Positions 1-10,587 of a DNA stretch of 64,000 nucleotides are shown here, piece after piece; within the stretch, counting starts at the first letter, position 1; the number at the start of each line of letters is the position of its first letter. The position numbers were made by a program, and so were the translations under genes. The stretch spans positions 79,489-143,488 of the forward strand of contig CAWHEU010000021.1 in the NCBI GenBank assembly GCA_963828465.1. The letters are read 5' to 3'. Origin of the DNA: an uncultured Acidobacteriota bacterium (GTDB lineage Bacteria; Actinomycetota; Acidimicrobiia; Spongiisociales; ZC4RG35). The notes under the pieces are model-generated. The model saw only the letters and a list, made by a program, of their open reading frames with translations, made no database searches and was not told the origin of the DNA.

Positions 1-219
1 CTGGTCTACGGCGCCTTCTTCCTGATCGCCGTGTTCGCCGTGCTGCGATGGACCCCATTCCCCACGATCTTCGCCGCCCTGATCGCTCCTTACGCCATGG
101 GCCCGGTGCGGATCATCTATGGCAAGAGCGACGGCCCCGCTCTGATCCGTGCATTGAAAATGACTGCCCGTCTCCACCTGTGGACCGGGTTGGTGATCGC
201 AGCCGGCGTGCTGATCTGA
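1..219 (+). CDS. menA: C-terminal part of a UbiA/MenA-family prenyltransferase, probably DHNA octaprenyltransferase (5' truncated by the window)
   Basis: Open frame from position 1; hydrophobic helices ending ...GPALIRALKMTARLHLWTGLVIAAGVLI, resembling MenA C-termini. Confidence 0.55.
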   Translation: MVYGAFFLIAVFAVLRWTPFPTIFAALIAPYAMGPVRIIYGKSDGPALIRALKMTARLHLWTGLVIAAGVLI

Positions 220-256
220 GTGGAACCGTTGGGGAGTGCGTAGCGTCGAAAGGACC

Positions 257-703
257 ATGAGAAGAGCAATTGCCCTCGCCGCCATCCTTGCCATCGCCCT
301 CACTGCCTGCGCCGACCCCGGCGAGGAGGGTGCATCCGATCCGACGGCCAACGCCTGGGTCCTCGAGGCCGGCACGCTCGACGGAGCCGACATCCCGATC
401 GTCGACGGGTTCCCGATCACACTGATCTTCGACCAGCCGGAGGGGACCGCCGGGGGAAAGTCGGCCTGCAACCAGTGGTTTGGGGGTTACACCCTGTCCG
501 GGAACGAACTGACCTTCACCGATCTCGGCGGGACCATGATGGCCTGTGTCGACGAAGGGGTGATGGAATCTGAGGCGGCATTTCTCGACGCCATGGGCCA
601 GGTGGAGCTATTCACCATCGAGGGTGACGAGTTGAACCTGACCGGCGAGGCCGTGGACCTTCTCTTCGTGGTCGACGAGACAGCCACCACGACCACCTCC
701 TGA
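257..703 (+). CDS. META/HslJ-domain lipoprotein
   Basis: AAGGA before ATG 257; signal peptide with lipobox LTAC; META motifs GKSACNQWFGGY and GGTMMAC. Confidence 0.85.
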   Translation: MRRAIALAAILAIALTACADPGEEGASDPTANAWVLEAGTLDGADIPIVDGFPITLIFDQPEGTAGGKSACNQWFGGYTLSGNELTFTDLGGTMMACVDEGVMESEAAFLDAMGQVELFTIEGDELNLTGEAVDLLFVVDETATTTTS

Positions 704-713
704 TCCGTCGCCG

Positions 714-1488
714 ATGAGGAGCCGGCGTTTCGCCACACTGGGCTGTGTGATCGCCTTGCTCGCCGGCTGTGCCGAGGCCAGAACGGTACGCCGGCTGCGG
801 AACTGACCGATGTTCCCTGGGAATTGGTCTCAGGCACGGTCGACGGTTCAACCATCCCCTGGTCGACGGACTCCCCAATCACGCTGACCATCGTCGAAGG
901 GCACCGCGACCGGCACCGCCGCCTGCAACGGATACGGAGCGACAGTCACCACCTCTGGCGCCGATGATCACATTCTCAGGACTGGGCGGCGACCGAGATG
1001 GCCTGCTCACCCGAAGGTCATGGAATCGGAGAGGGCGGTACCTCGAGTCTCTTCCCCGGGTGGAGACATGGTCGAGCACAGAGGGCAACCTCACCCTCAG
1101 CGGCGACGGAGTCGAGTTGCTGTTCCAGGCGCTTCCGCCAGTCCCCACCGCCGAGCTGACTGGGATGGTCTGGGTGCTGGAAAGCCTCGTCGACGGAGAC
1201 TCTGTCTCGAGCGTCGGCGGCGAGCGGGCCACCCTGGAACTGTTCAGTGACAACTCGATGCTCGGCTCCACCGGCTGCCGTGATCTCCACGGACGATATG
1301 AAACGACAGGTGCCGACGTGACGATGCCGGAAATGGCTGCCGAAGGCGACTGCCCGCCAGATCTCCAGGCTCAGGACAGCCACGTGATCACGGTGCTCGG
1401 CGACGGGTTCCGGGCATCCGTGGAGGGGCAGGTGCTGAACCTCTCGTCGTCTGGCGGTCTGGGCCTGGTCTACCGAGCCGAGCCCTGA
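714..1488 (+). pseudogene. Two-META-domain lipoprotein, with several frameshifts in the first domain (pseudogene or sequence error)
   Basis: ATG 714 gives MRSRRFATLGCVIALLAGC (lipobox); fragments WELVSGTVDG, GTAACNGYG and TEMACSPE lie in different frames; second domain is intact (WVLESL...GSTGCRDLHG) to TGA 1488. Confidence 0.75.
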
Positions 1489-1547
1489 TCCAGTCGTTCT
1501 AAAAGCCATCACTATGGTTGAAAGAAACCGGAGCGAAAGGAACGCCG

Positions 1548-3089
1548 ATGGCCGAGACGAAGGTGACCGGGCCGGACCTGGTCGACGACGGCATCCCGTT
1601 GGACTCCCTGACCTTGAACGAACCGGTCAAGGGCCAGGTCGACGGGAAGCAGGTCATCGTGGTCCGCACCGAGAGCGGTTTGTGCGCCGTCGCCGGGCAT
1701 TGCAGCCACTACGGAGGCCCTCTCGGTGATGGCCTGTGCGTCGACGGCCAGGTGCACTGCCCCTGGCATCACGCAACGTTCGACCTGACAACCGGTGAAG
1801 CCGTCGGGGCACCAGCCCTCAACCGGCTCAAGGTGTACCAACCGGCAGAGCGAGACGGTCGCGTCTTTGTCACCGGTCCCATCGAATCTCCCGCTCCCGA
1901 TCGGCAGCCCCTGGTAACACCCGAGTCAGTCGTGATTGTGGGAGCCGGGGCCGCCGGTGCTGCCGCCGCAGAGATGCTTCGTCGGCTCGGCTACAAGGGA
2001 TCGGTGTCGATGATCGGTCTCGAGGCGCCTGTCGATCGGCCCAATGTCTCCAAGGACTATCTGGCGGGAACGGCGCCCGAGGACTGGATGCCGTTGCGGA
2101 GCCCGGATTTCTACGAGAAGCACGACATCACGCTCATCACCGGGGTCGAGGTCACGGCGATCGATGCCGGTGAGCGGACGGTGGCGCTTGAAGACGGGCG
2201 GAGCATCGCGTACGAGGCGTTACTCCTCGCACCGGGAGCGGAGCCGAAGCGCCTCCCCACACCCGGAGCGGACCAAGACCACGTCCATTACCTCCGGACA
2301 CTCGAGGACAGCCGCTCGATCATCGCTGCTCTGGAGGGGACAGACAATGCTGTCGTAATCGGAACCGGGTTCATCGGGTTGGAAGTCGCTGCGTCGCTGC
2401 GCCAGCGTGACGTGGCGGTGACCGTGGTGGCGCCAGAGGAGGTGCCACTGGTGCCAATCATCGGCGAGAAGCTGGGCCGCTTCGTCCAGGATCTCCACGA
2501 GGAGCACGGCGTCGAGTTCCGTCTGGGTCACACGGTGGCGGAGATCAAGGAAAAGGAGGTCGTGCTCGACGACGGGAAGGCCGTCCCTGCCGACCTGGTG
2601 GTGATCGGTGTCGGCGTGGTTCCCAACACCGGTTTGGCCGAGCAGGCCGGGCTCAACGTCGATAACGGGGTCGTGGTCGACGATCGTCTCCGGACCAGCG
2701 ATCCCAACATCTGGGCGGCCGGCGACGTCGCCTCTTATCCCGATCAGAACGCGGGCCGGGTTCGGATCGAGCACTGGGTGCTGGCTCAGCGACAAGGGCA
2801 AGCAGCAGCCCGGAACATCCTCGGGCATGACACCCCATTCACAGATCCCCCGTTCTTCTGGAGCCAGCACTACGACATCCCAATCAACGTCGTCGGCAAC
2901 GCCAAGGAATGGGACGAGGAGATCGTCCGGGGCGAGGCAGCGGACCATGACGTGATGGTCGGCTATCGAAAGGATGGCTCCATCCAGGCCGTGGCCTCGA
3001 TCTATCGGGACCTGGAATCGTTACGCGCCGAGTACGCGTTGGCCAACCAGGATCAAGAGGCGCTGCAGGAGCTCTTCGGCGAGGGTTGA
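1548..3089 (+). CDS. Rieske [2Fe-2S] domain fused to an FAD-dependent pyridine nucleotide-disulfide oxidoreductase (AIF/ferredoxin reductase-like)
   Basis: CSHYGG and CPWHH Rieske motifs; GAGAAG and GTGFIG dinucleotide motifs; TSDPNIWAAGD; PFFWS. Confidence 0.9.
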   Translation: MAETKVTGPDLVDDGIPLDSLTLNEPVKGQVDGKQVIVVRTESGLCAVAGHCSHYGGPLGDGLCVDGQVHCPWHHATFDLTTGEAVGAPALNRLKVYQPAERDGRVFVTGPIESPAPDRQPLVTPESVVIVGAGAAGAAAAEMLRRLGYKGSVSMIGLEAPVDRPNVSKDYLAGTAPEDWMPLRSPDFYEKHDITLITGVEVTAIDAGERTVALEDGRSIAYEALLLAPGAEPKRLPTPGADQDHVHYLRTLEDSRSIIAALEGTDNAVVIGTGFIGLEVAASLRQRDVAVTVVAPEEVPLVPIIGEKLGRFVQDLHEEHGVEFRLGHTVAEIKEKEVVLDDGKAVPADLVVIGVGVVPNTGLAEQAGLNVDNGVVVDDRLRTSDPNIWAAGDVASYPDQNAGRVRIEHWVLAQRQGQAAARNILGHDTPFTDPPFFWSQHYDIPINVVGNAKEWDEEIVRGEAADHDVMVGYRKDGSIQAVASIYRDLESLRAEYALANQDQEALQELFGEG

Positions 3090-3173
3090 AGCGGCCGAGA
3101 TTTCGCAGATTTCTTTTGTGGATGGCGTGTTTCTGACCCATTTCTGTCACCGGCTCCCGATACGTTGGGTGAC

Positions 3174-4313
3174 ATGGAGAGGGATGTATTCGAGTGATCA
3201 GGCGGATGCGGGGATTGGCCATTTTCTGGTCTTGGCGGCGGCGCTGGCGCCGATTGTGAATGGATTATCGAGGCGGATCGGGGTCAACGGTTCCTGGCGG
3301 ATGGGGCACGGAATCTTCCAGAATGGGTTTCGGCCCGATTTGGCCTGCGGCATTCGACTGCGGCGCAGTTGGTTCGGGTGGCGCGGAGACTGGAGGATCT
3401 GCCTGTCTTGCGTTCCCGGTTTGCGGCTGGTGAGTTGTCGTTGGATCAGGTGGATTCGATTTCGAAGCTGGCGACTGCGGAGACCGAGGAAGCGGTGATT
3501 TCCGAGTGTTCGGGTTTGTCGAATGCGGCCCTGGATCGTGCCGCCCGCCGGGCCAATCCTGCCATCTACTGAGGATGCGGTCGATGTCCTGGCGGGTGCG
3601 TTGGTTGTCGATCCAATACACCCTGGATGGGATCAGAGGCAATCTTCACGCCGATCTGCCCGGTCCCGACCTGGCCCAGGTGGAATCAGCGATCCGAGAG
3701 AAAGCGGACGAAATACCGGTGAATCCAGAGTCGGGGATGTTCGATCCGTATCCGCAGCGGATGGCCGACGGATCTAGTCGAACTCTGTTCCACCACCGGA
3801 GATGAGAACGGTTCGGCTCCAACTCAAATCGTGGTTCATGCCGATCTCGACGCGCTGATCGAGAACTCTGAGACCGGAGTGGCCGAGATCGAGGGTGGTC
3901 CGGTCATCGCCAATGAGACGGCCCGCCGATTGTCCTGTGATCCGATCCTCCAATGTGCCGTCTATGACCACAGGAAAGTGCTCGGGATCGGTCGGAGATC
4001 GAGGCTGATCCCGGCCTGGTTACGTCACCAGCTCTGGCATCGGGACGGGAACTGTCGGTGGCCTGGCTGTCCGTTCAAAGGTTGGCTCCACGCCCATCAC
4101 AAGACCCATTGGGCCGATGGCGGACCGACCGATCTGGACAATCTCATCCTCTTATGTGGCTACCACCACCGGTTCTTACATGAACACGGATGGACGATCG
4201 AAAACGACGGATACGGCAAACCGGTCTTCCGACGACCCGACGGACGCATCTACCCACCGGCCCGACCCGTACTCGACCCCCGACTCCGGCAACTCGTCGG
4301 ACAACGAACCTAG
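3174..4313 (+). pseudogene. DUF222 + HNH endonuclease (REP13E12-like family), frameshifted; probable selfish element
   Basis: Fragments in several frames (EWVSARFGL, RVARRLEDLP..FAAGELSLDQV, RMADG); C-terminal RDGNCRWPGC..HAHH..HWADGGPTDLDNLILLCGYHH HNH signature; TACGTT 7 nt before ATG 3174. Confidence 0.8.
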
Positions 4314-4361
4314 GGGCCACGCCCCCACCACCGCCTCACTCCGGCTTCGTACCCTCTGAGC

Positions 4362-4451
4362 ATGACCTCGGCACTGGGTCTCCTGTTGAAGGCGATGGCC
4401 CATCAGGACCAGGAGGCATTGGCAGGACTGTTCGACGCCGAGGGCAGCTAA
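4362..4451 (+). CDS. 29-aa mini-ORF or remnant resembling the C-terminus of the 1548-3089 oxidoreductase
   Basis: MTSALGLLLKAMAHQDQEALAGLFDAEGS compared with ...ALANQDQEALQELFGEG; TACCCT 6 nt upstream of ATG. Confidence 0.45.
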   Translation: MTSALGLLLKAMAHQDQEALAGLFDAEGS

Positions 4452-4909
4452 GCGTCCACCAGCTCGACGGTTCCTCTGGACCGGTCCACCTCAGCGCCGA
4501 CAACCATCGCCGCCGAGAGGAGGACAAGGTTCTTGAGCACGAACTCGCCCTCGACCGTCAACATGAACGGGTTGCCACCTGCAAAGGCGACATCGGGGAG
4601 CACGACGAAGACGAGAAACGTGCCGAGCATCTGGGCGATAAGGGCCAGCAACACGATCCGCAGACCGATCCTCGCTGCCAATCCAATGCCGATCAGCACT
4701 TCGATCACACCCAAGACCGGCACGAACCATCCTGGGTCGACCCAGTAGACCGTGGATGCAACGAGATCGACGACAGGTGAGACACCAAGCACCTTGAGCG
4801 CACCGAACCAGATGAAGACGATGGCGAGCGACCAGCGCAGGGCGGGAAGTGACCACCGTTGAAGGAACGGGATCAGGACGGCATCCAGACGGTCGACCAA
4901 CTGCCTCAC
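4448..4909 (-). CDS. DoxX/YkgB-like membrane protein
   Basis: LRWSLAIVFIWFGALK, G.IE..IG and GEFVLKNLVLL motifs; four hydrophobic segments; GTG start inferred. Confidence 0.8.
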   Translation of the reverse strand: MRQLVDRLDAVLIPFLQRWSLPALRWSLAIVFIWFGALKVLGVSPVVDLVASTVYWVDPGWFVPVLGVIEVLIGIGLAARIGLRIVLLALIAQMLGTFLVFVVLPDVAFAGGNPFMLTVEGEFVLKNLVLLSAAMVVGAEVDRSRGTVELVDA

Positions 4910-5003
4910 CCCGCCATGTTCCCCGGATGACCCGATGTGGCGAAATCCACCAGGCGAGCGGGTCGAGGCATCGCTCAGGGATCGGCCGGTTAGGTTCCGA
5001 TTG

Positions 5004-6719
5004 ATGCAGACGCCGATGCGAATCGAACGGGATGTGCCGATCCGGATGGACGATGGAGTCGTGCTCCGAGCAGATCTGTTCATCCCAATCGAGGACGGCG
5101 AGTACCCCACCCTCCTCAGTTACGGGCCGTACGGCAAGGGCCTCGCCTTCCAGGAGGGCTACAAACCGCAGTGGGATTACATGATCGAGAAGTATCCCGA
5201 GGTCGCCGAAGACACCAGCAACGAGCACCAGAACTGGGAGGTGGTCGACCCGGAGAGGTGGGTGCCCGCCGGGTATGTGTGCGCACGGGTCGACTCCAGG
5301 GGCACCGGGCGCTCCCCCGGCTACGTCGACGTCTGGTCGGGAAGGGAGACGGTCGATCTCTACGACTGCATCGAGTGGGCGGCGTCGCAGCCTTGGAGCA
5401 ACGGCCGAATCGGTCTGGCCGGCATCTCCTACTACGCGATGAATCAATATCAGGTCGCTGCCCTGCAGCCACCACATCTGGCGGCAATCTGTCCCTGGGA
5501 GGGCGCATCGGACTGGTATCGGGACTTTGCCCGACACGGCGGGATCCTCTGCGAGTTCGCTCAGGACTGGTACCCACGCCAGGTCGAGAATGTCCAACAT
5601 GGGGTCGGCGAGCGGGGATTCTTCAGCGCCGTGACCGGCGAACCCGTCTCCGGGCCGGACACCGAGGCGCCCGAGGTGCTGGCATCGAGACGAGCCGACC
5701 TGGGTCAGGATGTGAAGAGCCGCCCCCTGTTCGACGCCTGGCACCTGGAGCGCAACCCCGATTGGTCGCGGGTGAGAACGCCAATGCTCTCTGCGGCGAA
5801 CTGGGGCGGCCAGGGTCTGCATCTCCGAGGCAATGTCGAGGCGTTCACCCAATCGGCGGCCTCCGACAAGTGGTTGGAAGTCCATGGCGACGCGCACTGG
5901 GTCGACTTCTACACGGACAGGGGTGTCGCCCTGCAACGCCGATTCTTCGACTACTACCTGAAGGGTGAGGACAACGGCTGGGATTCGGAGCCCAAGGTCC
6001 AGCTCCGCATTCGACACGTCGACGGCACCTTCACCGATCGAGCCGAGAACGAGTGGCCCCTCGCTCGTACCACCTGGACCCGCTATCACCTGACCGGCGA
6101 GGGAAGCCTGGCCGAGGAGGCTGCGGCGAATTCTTCGGCAGTCGAGTACGACCCCACCGGTGGCGGCGTGACCTTCACTACCGACCCAGCGACAGAGGAG
6201 ATGGAGCTCACCGGGCCGATGGCCGCCAGGATCTTCGTCTCGTCGGAGACTGCCGATGCCGACCTCTTCCTGGTTGTGCGGGTATTCGACCCAGATGGTG
6301 CCGAGGTCACGTTCATGGGCGCGCTCGACCCCAACACCCCCATCGCCCAGGGCTGGCTGCGCGCCTCACATCGGGCGCTCGACCCGTCCATGTCGCTGCC
6401 GTTCCGTCCGTATCACTCCCACGACCGGCTCGAACCTCTCGTCCCGGGCGAGACCTATGAGTTGGAAGTCGAGATCTGGCCGACATCCGTCGTCATCCCG
6501 GCCGGGTATCGTCTGGGGCTCACGATTCGGGGCAACGACTATCGATACGAGGGTGAGCTGTCCGACTTCGCCCGGGAGTTTCATTACGCCGGACGAGGGG
6601 TAGGGCCTTTCAAACATGCCGATCCCGACGACCGCCCGGCGGATGTTTTCTCGGGGCGGGTGAGCATCCATGTCGGCGGTGAGACCGACTCATACCTCCT
6701 TGTCCCGCTCATTCGTTAG
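5004..6719 (+). CDS. CocE/NonD family (peptidase S15-like) hydrolase
   Basis: IRMDDGVVLRAD, DSRGTGRSPG, nucleophile WSNGRIGLAGISY; C-terminal PepX-like domain; TAGGTT 7 nt before ATG. Confidence 0.9.
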   Translation: MQTPMRIERDVPIRMDDGVVLRADLFIPIEDGEYPTLLSYGPYGKGLAFQEGYKPQWDYMIEKYPEVAEDTSNEHQNWEVVDPERWVPAGYVCARVDSRGTGRSPGYVDVWSGRETVDLYDCIEWAASQPWSNGRIGLAGISYYAMNQYQVAALQPPHLAAICPWEGASDWYRDFARHGGILCEFAQDWYPRQVENVQHGVGERGFFSAVTGEPVSGPDTEAPEVLASRRADLGQDVKSRPLFDAWHLERNPDWSRVRTPMLSAANWGGQGLHLRGNVEAFTQSAASDKWLEVHGDAHWVDFYTDRGVALQRRFFDYYLKGEDNGWDSEPKVQLRIRHVDGTFTDRAENEWPLARTTWTRYHLTGEGSLAEEAAANSSAVEYDPTGGGVTFTTDPATEEMELTGPMAARIFVSSETADADLFLVVRVFDPDGAEVTFMGALDPNTPIAQGWLRASHRALDPSMSLPFRPYHSHDRLEPLVPGETYELEVEIWPTSVVIPAGYRLGLTIRGNDYRYEGELSDFAREFHYAGRGVGPFKHADPDDRPADVFSGRVSIHVGGETDSYLLVPLIR

Positions 6720-6812
6720 ACCGGGAGGGGCCCTCGAGGTCGAAAGACGTGTCGATCTTTCGCCGCTCGCCTCATTGAGGCCGACAGCGCGATCGTTAAC
6801 TTCATTGGACTG

Positions 6813-9450
6813 ATGCCGCATCTCTACGACTTCTCGGCCACCGACGGGTCGGATCGCGACCTGCTCGGCGGCAAAGGGGCAGGTCTGGCCCGCATGACGT
6901 CACTCGGGCTACCGGTTCCCCCCGGGTTCACGATCACCACCGATGTGTGCCGGGCCGCAATGGCCACCGGTGAGATGCCGGATGACCTCTGGCCAGAAGT
7001 CGAGGATGCAGTCGCCCGACTGGAGAAAACCAGTGGTCGAAACCTCGGGTCCGGACCTGCTCCCCTGCTCCTCTCGGTCCGGTCCGGCGCCAAGTTCTCG
7101 ATGCCGGGGATGATGGACACGGTCCTCAACCTGGGCATCAACGACGATGTGGTGAAGGCGCTGATCGAGTGGTCCGGCGACCCTCATTTCGGCTGGGATG
7201 CCTACCGCCGCTTCGTTCAGATGTATGGGGATGTGGTGCTCGGCGTTCCCGAGCACCGCTTCCAGGACGTCCTGACCGAGCTGAGACGGTCGAGAGGCGT
7301 CGAGGACGACTCGGAGCTGAGCGCCGAGGACCTGGAGACGGCCACTGACTCGATTCCGCGACATCGTCGAGCAGGAGCGCCCTGGTGAGTTGCCCGAGGA
7401 CCCGATGGAACAGGTCAAAGGGGCGATCACCGCCGTCTTTCTGTCGTGGAACACGAAGCGCGCCGTCGAGTACCGCAGGATTCACTCGATCCCGGATGAT
7501 CTGGGGACTGCAGCCAACATTCAGATGATGGTCTTCGGCGACCTCGGTGACGATTCGGGCACCGGAGTCTGTTTCACCCGTGACCCCGGCACCGGCGAGA
7601 AGGTGATCTACGGCGACTACCTACCCCGGGCCCAGGGCGAGGACGTCGTAGCCGGCATTCGCAACACCTTGACTCTCGACCAGCTGGCCGACCTCCATCC
7701 CGAGTGTCATCGCCAGCTGCTCGAGATCATGGATGGTCTCGAAACCCACTACCGCGACATGTGCGACATCGAGTTCACCATCGAGAAGGACGTTCTCTAC
7801 ATCCTGCAGACGCGGGCAGGGAAGAGGACGGCAGCGGCCGCGGTGAAGATGGCTGTGGCCATGGTTGGCGAAGGTCTCATCGACCGGGAAACTGCTGTCA
7901 CCAGGGTCGAGCCTGACTCCCTGGAACAACTCCACCGCCCCCGGATCGCTGATCGCGTCAAGGGATCTGCACCGCTCGTGGTCGGCGTGGCCGCGTCCCC
8001 CGGCGCCGCCACCGGGAAGGTGGTCTTCTCCTCCGAGGAGGCGGTGGAGCAGGCACGGAACGGGGTGGAAGTCATCCTGGTTCGGCCGGAAACGACCCCG
8101 GACGACATCCACGGCATGGCGGCGGCGGTCGGCATCCTCACCAGCCAGGGGGGCAAGACATCACATGCTGCCGTGGTGGCTCGGGGCATGGGCAAGCCCG
8201 CCATCACCGGGGCGGCCAAGCTGCAGGTCGATTCCGAGGCGGGCATCGCCTCCACCGGGAGTGTCGATGTCCGACGTGGTGAGGTCATCACCATCGACGG
8301 GACGACCGGAGCCGTCTATCAGGGCGAGATCGAGCTCGTCCCGCCGGAAGTCCCCCCCGAGCTCGGTGACCTGCTCGAATGGGCCGACCAGTTCCGCAAT
8401 CTCGGAGTCAGGGCCAACGCCGACACGGCAGAAGACGCCACGCTGGCCCGAGGCCACGGGGCGGAGGGCATCGGGTTGGCGCGGACCGAGCACATGTTCC
8501 TCGGCGAGCGTCTCGCCATCGTCCAGAGGGTCATCCTCTCCACCGATCCGACCGATAGGGAGGAAGCTCTCGGTGATCTGGAACGACAGCAGATAGGGGA
8601 CTTCGAGAGTCTGCTCGAGGCGATGGATGGGCTGCCCGTGGTAATCCGGCTCCTGGACCCGCCACTCCACGAGTTCCTCCCCTCCCGTCTCGAGCTGGAG
8701 CACGAGATGCTGCGTCGGGTCCGGGCCGGCCGCCCCATCGACGACTTACAGGCGATGTCTGACCAGGTCGCTCGCTGGGAGGAGGACAACCCCATGCTCG
8801 GCCTGCGCGGGGTCAGGCTCGGGTTGATGCTCAAGGACCTCTATCGGATGCAGGCCCGCGCCGCCACCACCGCGCTCACCCGTCGCATCCAGGCTGGCGG
8901 CAATCCCCATCTGGAGATCATGATCCCTCTGGTCGCCGCCGCCGAGGAGCTCATCCGGATGCGGGAGATGATCGAGGAGGAAATCGCCATCGCCACCGCA
9001 GGTTCTGGTGTGGAGTTGGACATCCCGATCGGGACGATGATCGAGCTGCCCCGGGCCGCGTTGACCGCGGGCGAGATTGCCGGAGTTGCCGACTTCTTCT
9101 CATTCGGCACCAACGACCTGACCCAGATGACCTACGGGCTCAGCCGCGATGACGCCGAAGGGTTGTTCCTCAGCGATTATCTGGAGCAGGGCATCTTTAC
9201 CTCGGACCCGTTCCAGACTCTCGACAGGGCAGGGGTCGGGCGTCTGGTCCGCGTGGCCACCAACGAGGGGCGGGAGGCCAACGAGGACCTGGTGGTCGGG
9301 CTATGCGGCGAGCATGGTGGCGATCCCGATTCCATCTACTTCGTCCACTCACTCGGCCTCGACTACGTGTCGTGCAGCCCTCCCCGTGTCGAGGGGGCCA
9401 GGCTCGCAGCGGCCCAGGCCGCCCTGCAGTCGGACCGCAACGACGTCTGA
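6813..9450 (+). CDS. ppdK: Pyruvate, phosphate dikinase, with one +1 frameshift near 7347 (probably sequence error)
   Basis: [20 protein letters not shown] and [14 protein letters not shown] in ORF 6813-7388; [12 protein letters not shown] phospho-His, [17 protein letters not shown] and CGEHGGDP in ORF 7390-9450; the frames join at 7347. Confidence 0.92.
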
Positions 9451-9451
9451 A

Positions 9452-10168
9452 TCAGCGGATCACGTCGACCAGCTCGGGCACTCCCTCGCCTGAGATCGCG
9501 GCGGTGATCAGCACCGGCGCATCGGAGCCGCCCAATCTCTCCAAGAGGGCGCGGTGCACGGTGTCGACGCCGGGACGGTCTCCCTTGTTGACCACGAACA
9601 CATCGGCGATCTCGACGATCCCGGCCTTGTCGGCCTGAATCTGATCCCCCCAGCCGGGCCCCAGCACCAGGACGACCACGTCGACATGGTCCATCACCTC
9701 CAGCTCGGACTGGCCGACTCCCACAGTCTCAACGAGAACGATGTCGAAACCTGCCCGGGCCATCGCGGCGATGGCTGGAGCGGCGGCAACCGACAGGCCA
9801 CCGAGGTGCCCTCGGGAGGCCATGGAACGGACATAAACCCCCGGGTCTCCGGTGTGGTCCTGCATCCGGATCCTGTCGCCGAGCAGCGCCCCGCCTGTGA
9901 TCGGGCTGGAAGGGTCGACGGCGAGCACCGCCACGGTGTCTCCCTTCGACCTCAGGTCGGCGACGATCGCATTGACGAGCGTCGACTTCCCGGCCCCAGG
10001 TGGGCCGGTGATGCCGACCCTCCGGGCAGGCGTATCCGACGAGTCGATGAGTGAGGTGACAACGGCCTCACCGATGGGATCCCCGGTCTCGAGCGCGGTG
10101 ATCAGCCGAGCCAGGCTTCGTCGATCACCATCCCGGACGCGCCCGGCAGCCAGATCGGTGTCGCTCAT
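9452..10168 (-). CDS. meaB: MeaB/ArgK-family GTPase (short form)
   Basis: GITGPPGAGKST, AVDPSSPITGGALLGDRIRM, ETVGVGQSE, NKGD. Confidence 0.85.
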   Translation of the reverse strand: MSDTDLAAGRVRDGDRRSLARLITALETGDPIGEAVVTSLIDSSDTPARRVGITGPPGAGKSTLVNAIVADLRSKGDTVAVLAVDPSSPITGGALLGDRIRMQDHTGDPGVYVRSMASRGHLGGLSVAAAPAIAAMARAGFDIVLVETVGVGQSELEVMDHVDVVVLVLGPGWGDQIQADKAGIVEIADVFVVNKGDRPGVDTVHRALLERLGGSDAPVLITAAISGEGVPELVDVIR

Positions 10169-10189
10169 CGGCGACAGGTTAAGGGTGTG

Positions 10190-10528
10190 TCAGAGAGCGG
10201 GAAGGGTGATGCCGTTGGGGCTGTCGAGCTCATCGAGACCGGGCGCATCGGCGCTGGCATGAACCTCGACGACTCCTGGGACGCGGTCCATCAGGATTCG
10301 CTCGATGCCGGCTTTCAGGGTCATCATCGAGAGCGGGCAACCACCACAGGCGCCGACCATCTGGATGTCGACCCTGCCCCCGTCTGTCCCGAGCAGAACG
10401 AGATCACCCCCGTCGGCCTGGACTGCAGGCCTTATGTACTCGAGGGTCTCCCGCAGCTTGTCGACGTCGATCGGGCCTTCGTCGACCTTGACACTGCTCG
10501 AAATGGTCACCGGTGTTGTCTCTGGCAT
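10190..10528 (-). CDS. NifU-C/NfuA-like Fe-S carrier
   Basis: IRPAVQADGGD...GACGGCPLSMMTLKAGIE. Confidence 0.9.
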   Translation of the reverse strand: MPETTPVTISSSVKVDEGPIDVDKLRETLEYIRPAVQADGGDLVLLGTDGGRVDIQMVGACGGCPLSMMTLKAGIERILMDRVPGVVEVHASADAPGLDELDSPNGITLPAL

Positions 10529-10587
10529 CGCCTTGAAGAACCCTTGCCTAGTGGGGATTTGTTCCGGATTCTACCGTGCGCCGGGGC

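Noticed and set aside
4491-6089. Long antisense ORFs (e.g. 4491-6089, 25358-27043, 39745-41220, 60338-61486, 62674-63924)
   Set aside because: Shadow frames of well-supported genes; expected at high GC and without family motifs
6741-6781. Two small hairpins and a TGTCGA upstream of ppdK as a riboswitch or ECF42 promoter
   Set aside because: No known aptamer consensus and no CGTC/CGAC at the right spacing
7340-7395. Programmed frameshift in ppdK
   Set aside because: No slippery sequence; one extra base explains it, and similar indels occur across the window
10535-10562. Rrf2/IscR-like operator upstream of the nfu gene
   Set aside because: Only a half-site resemblance, without convincing dyad symmetry
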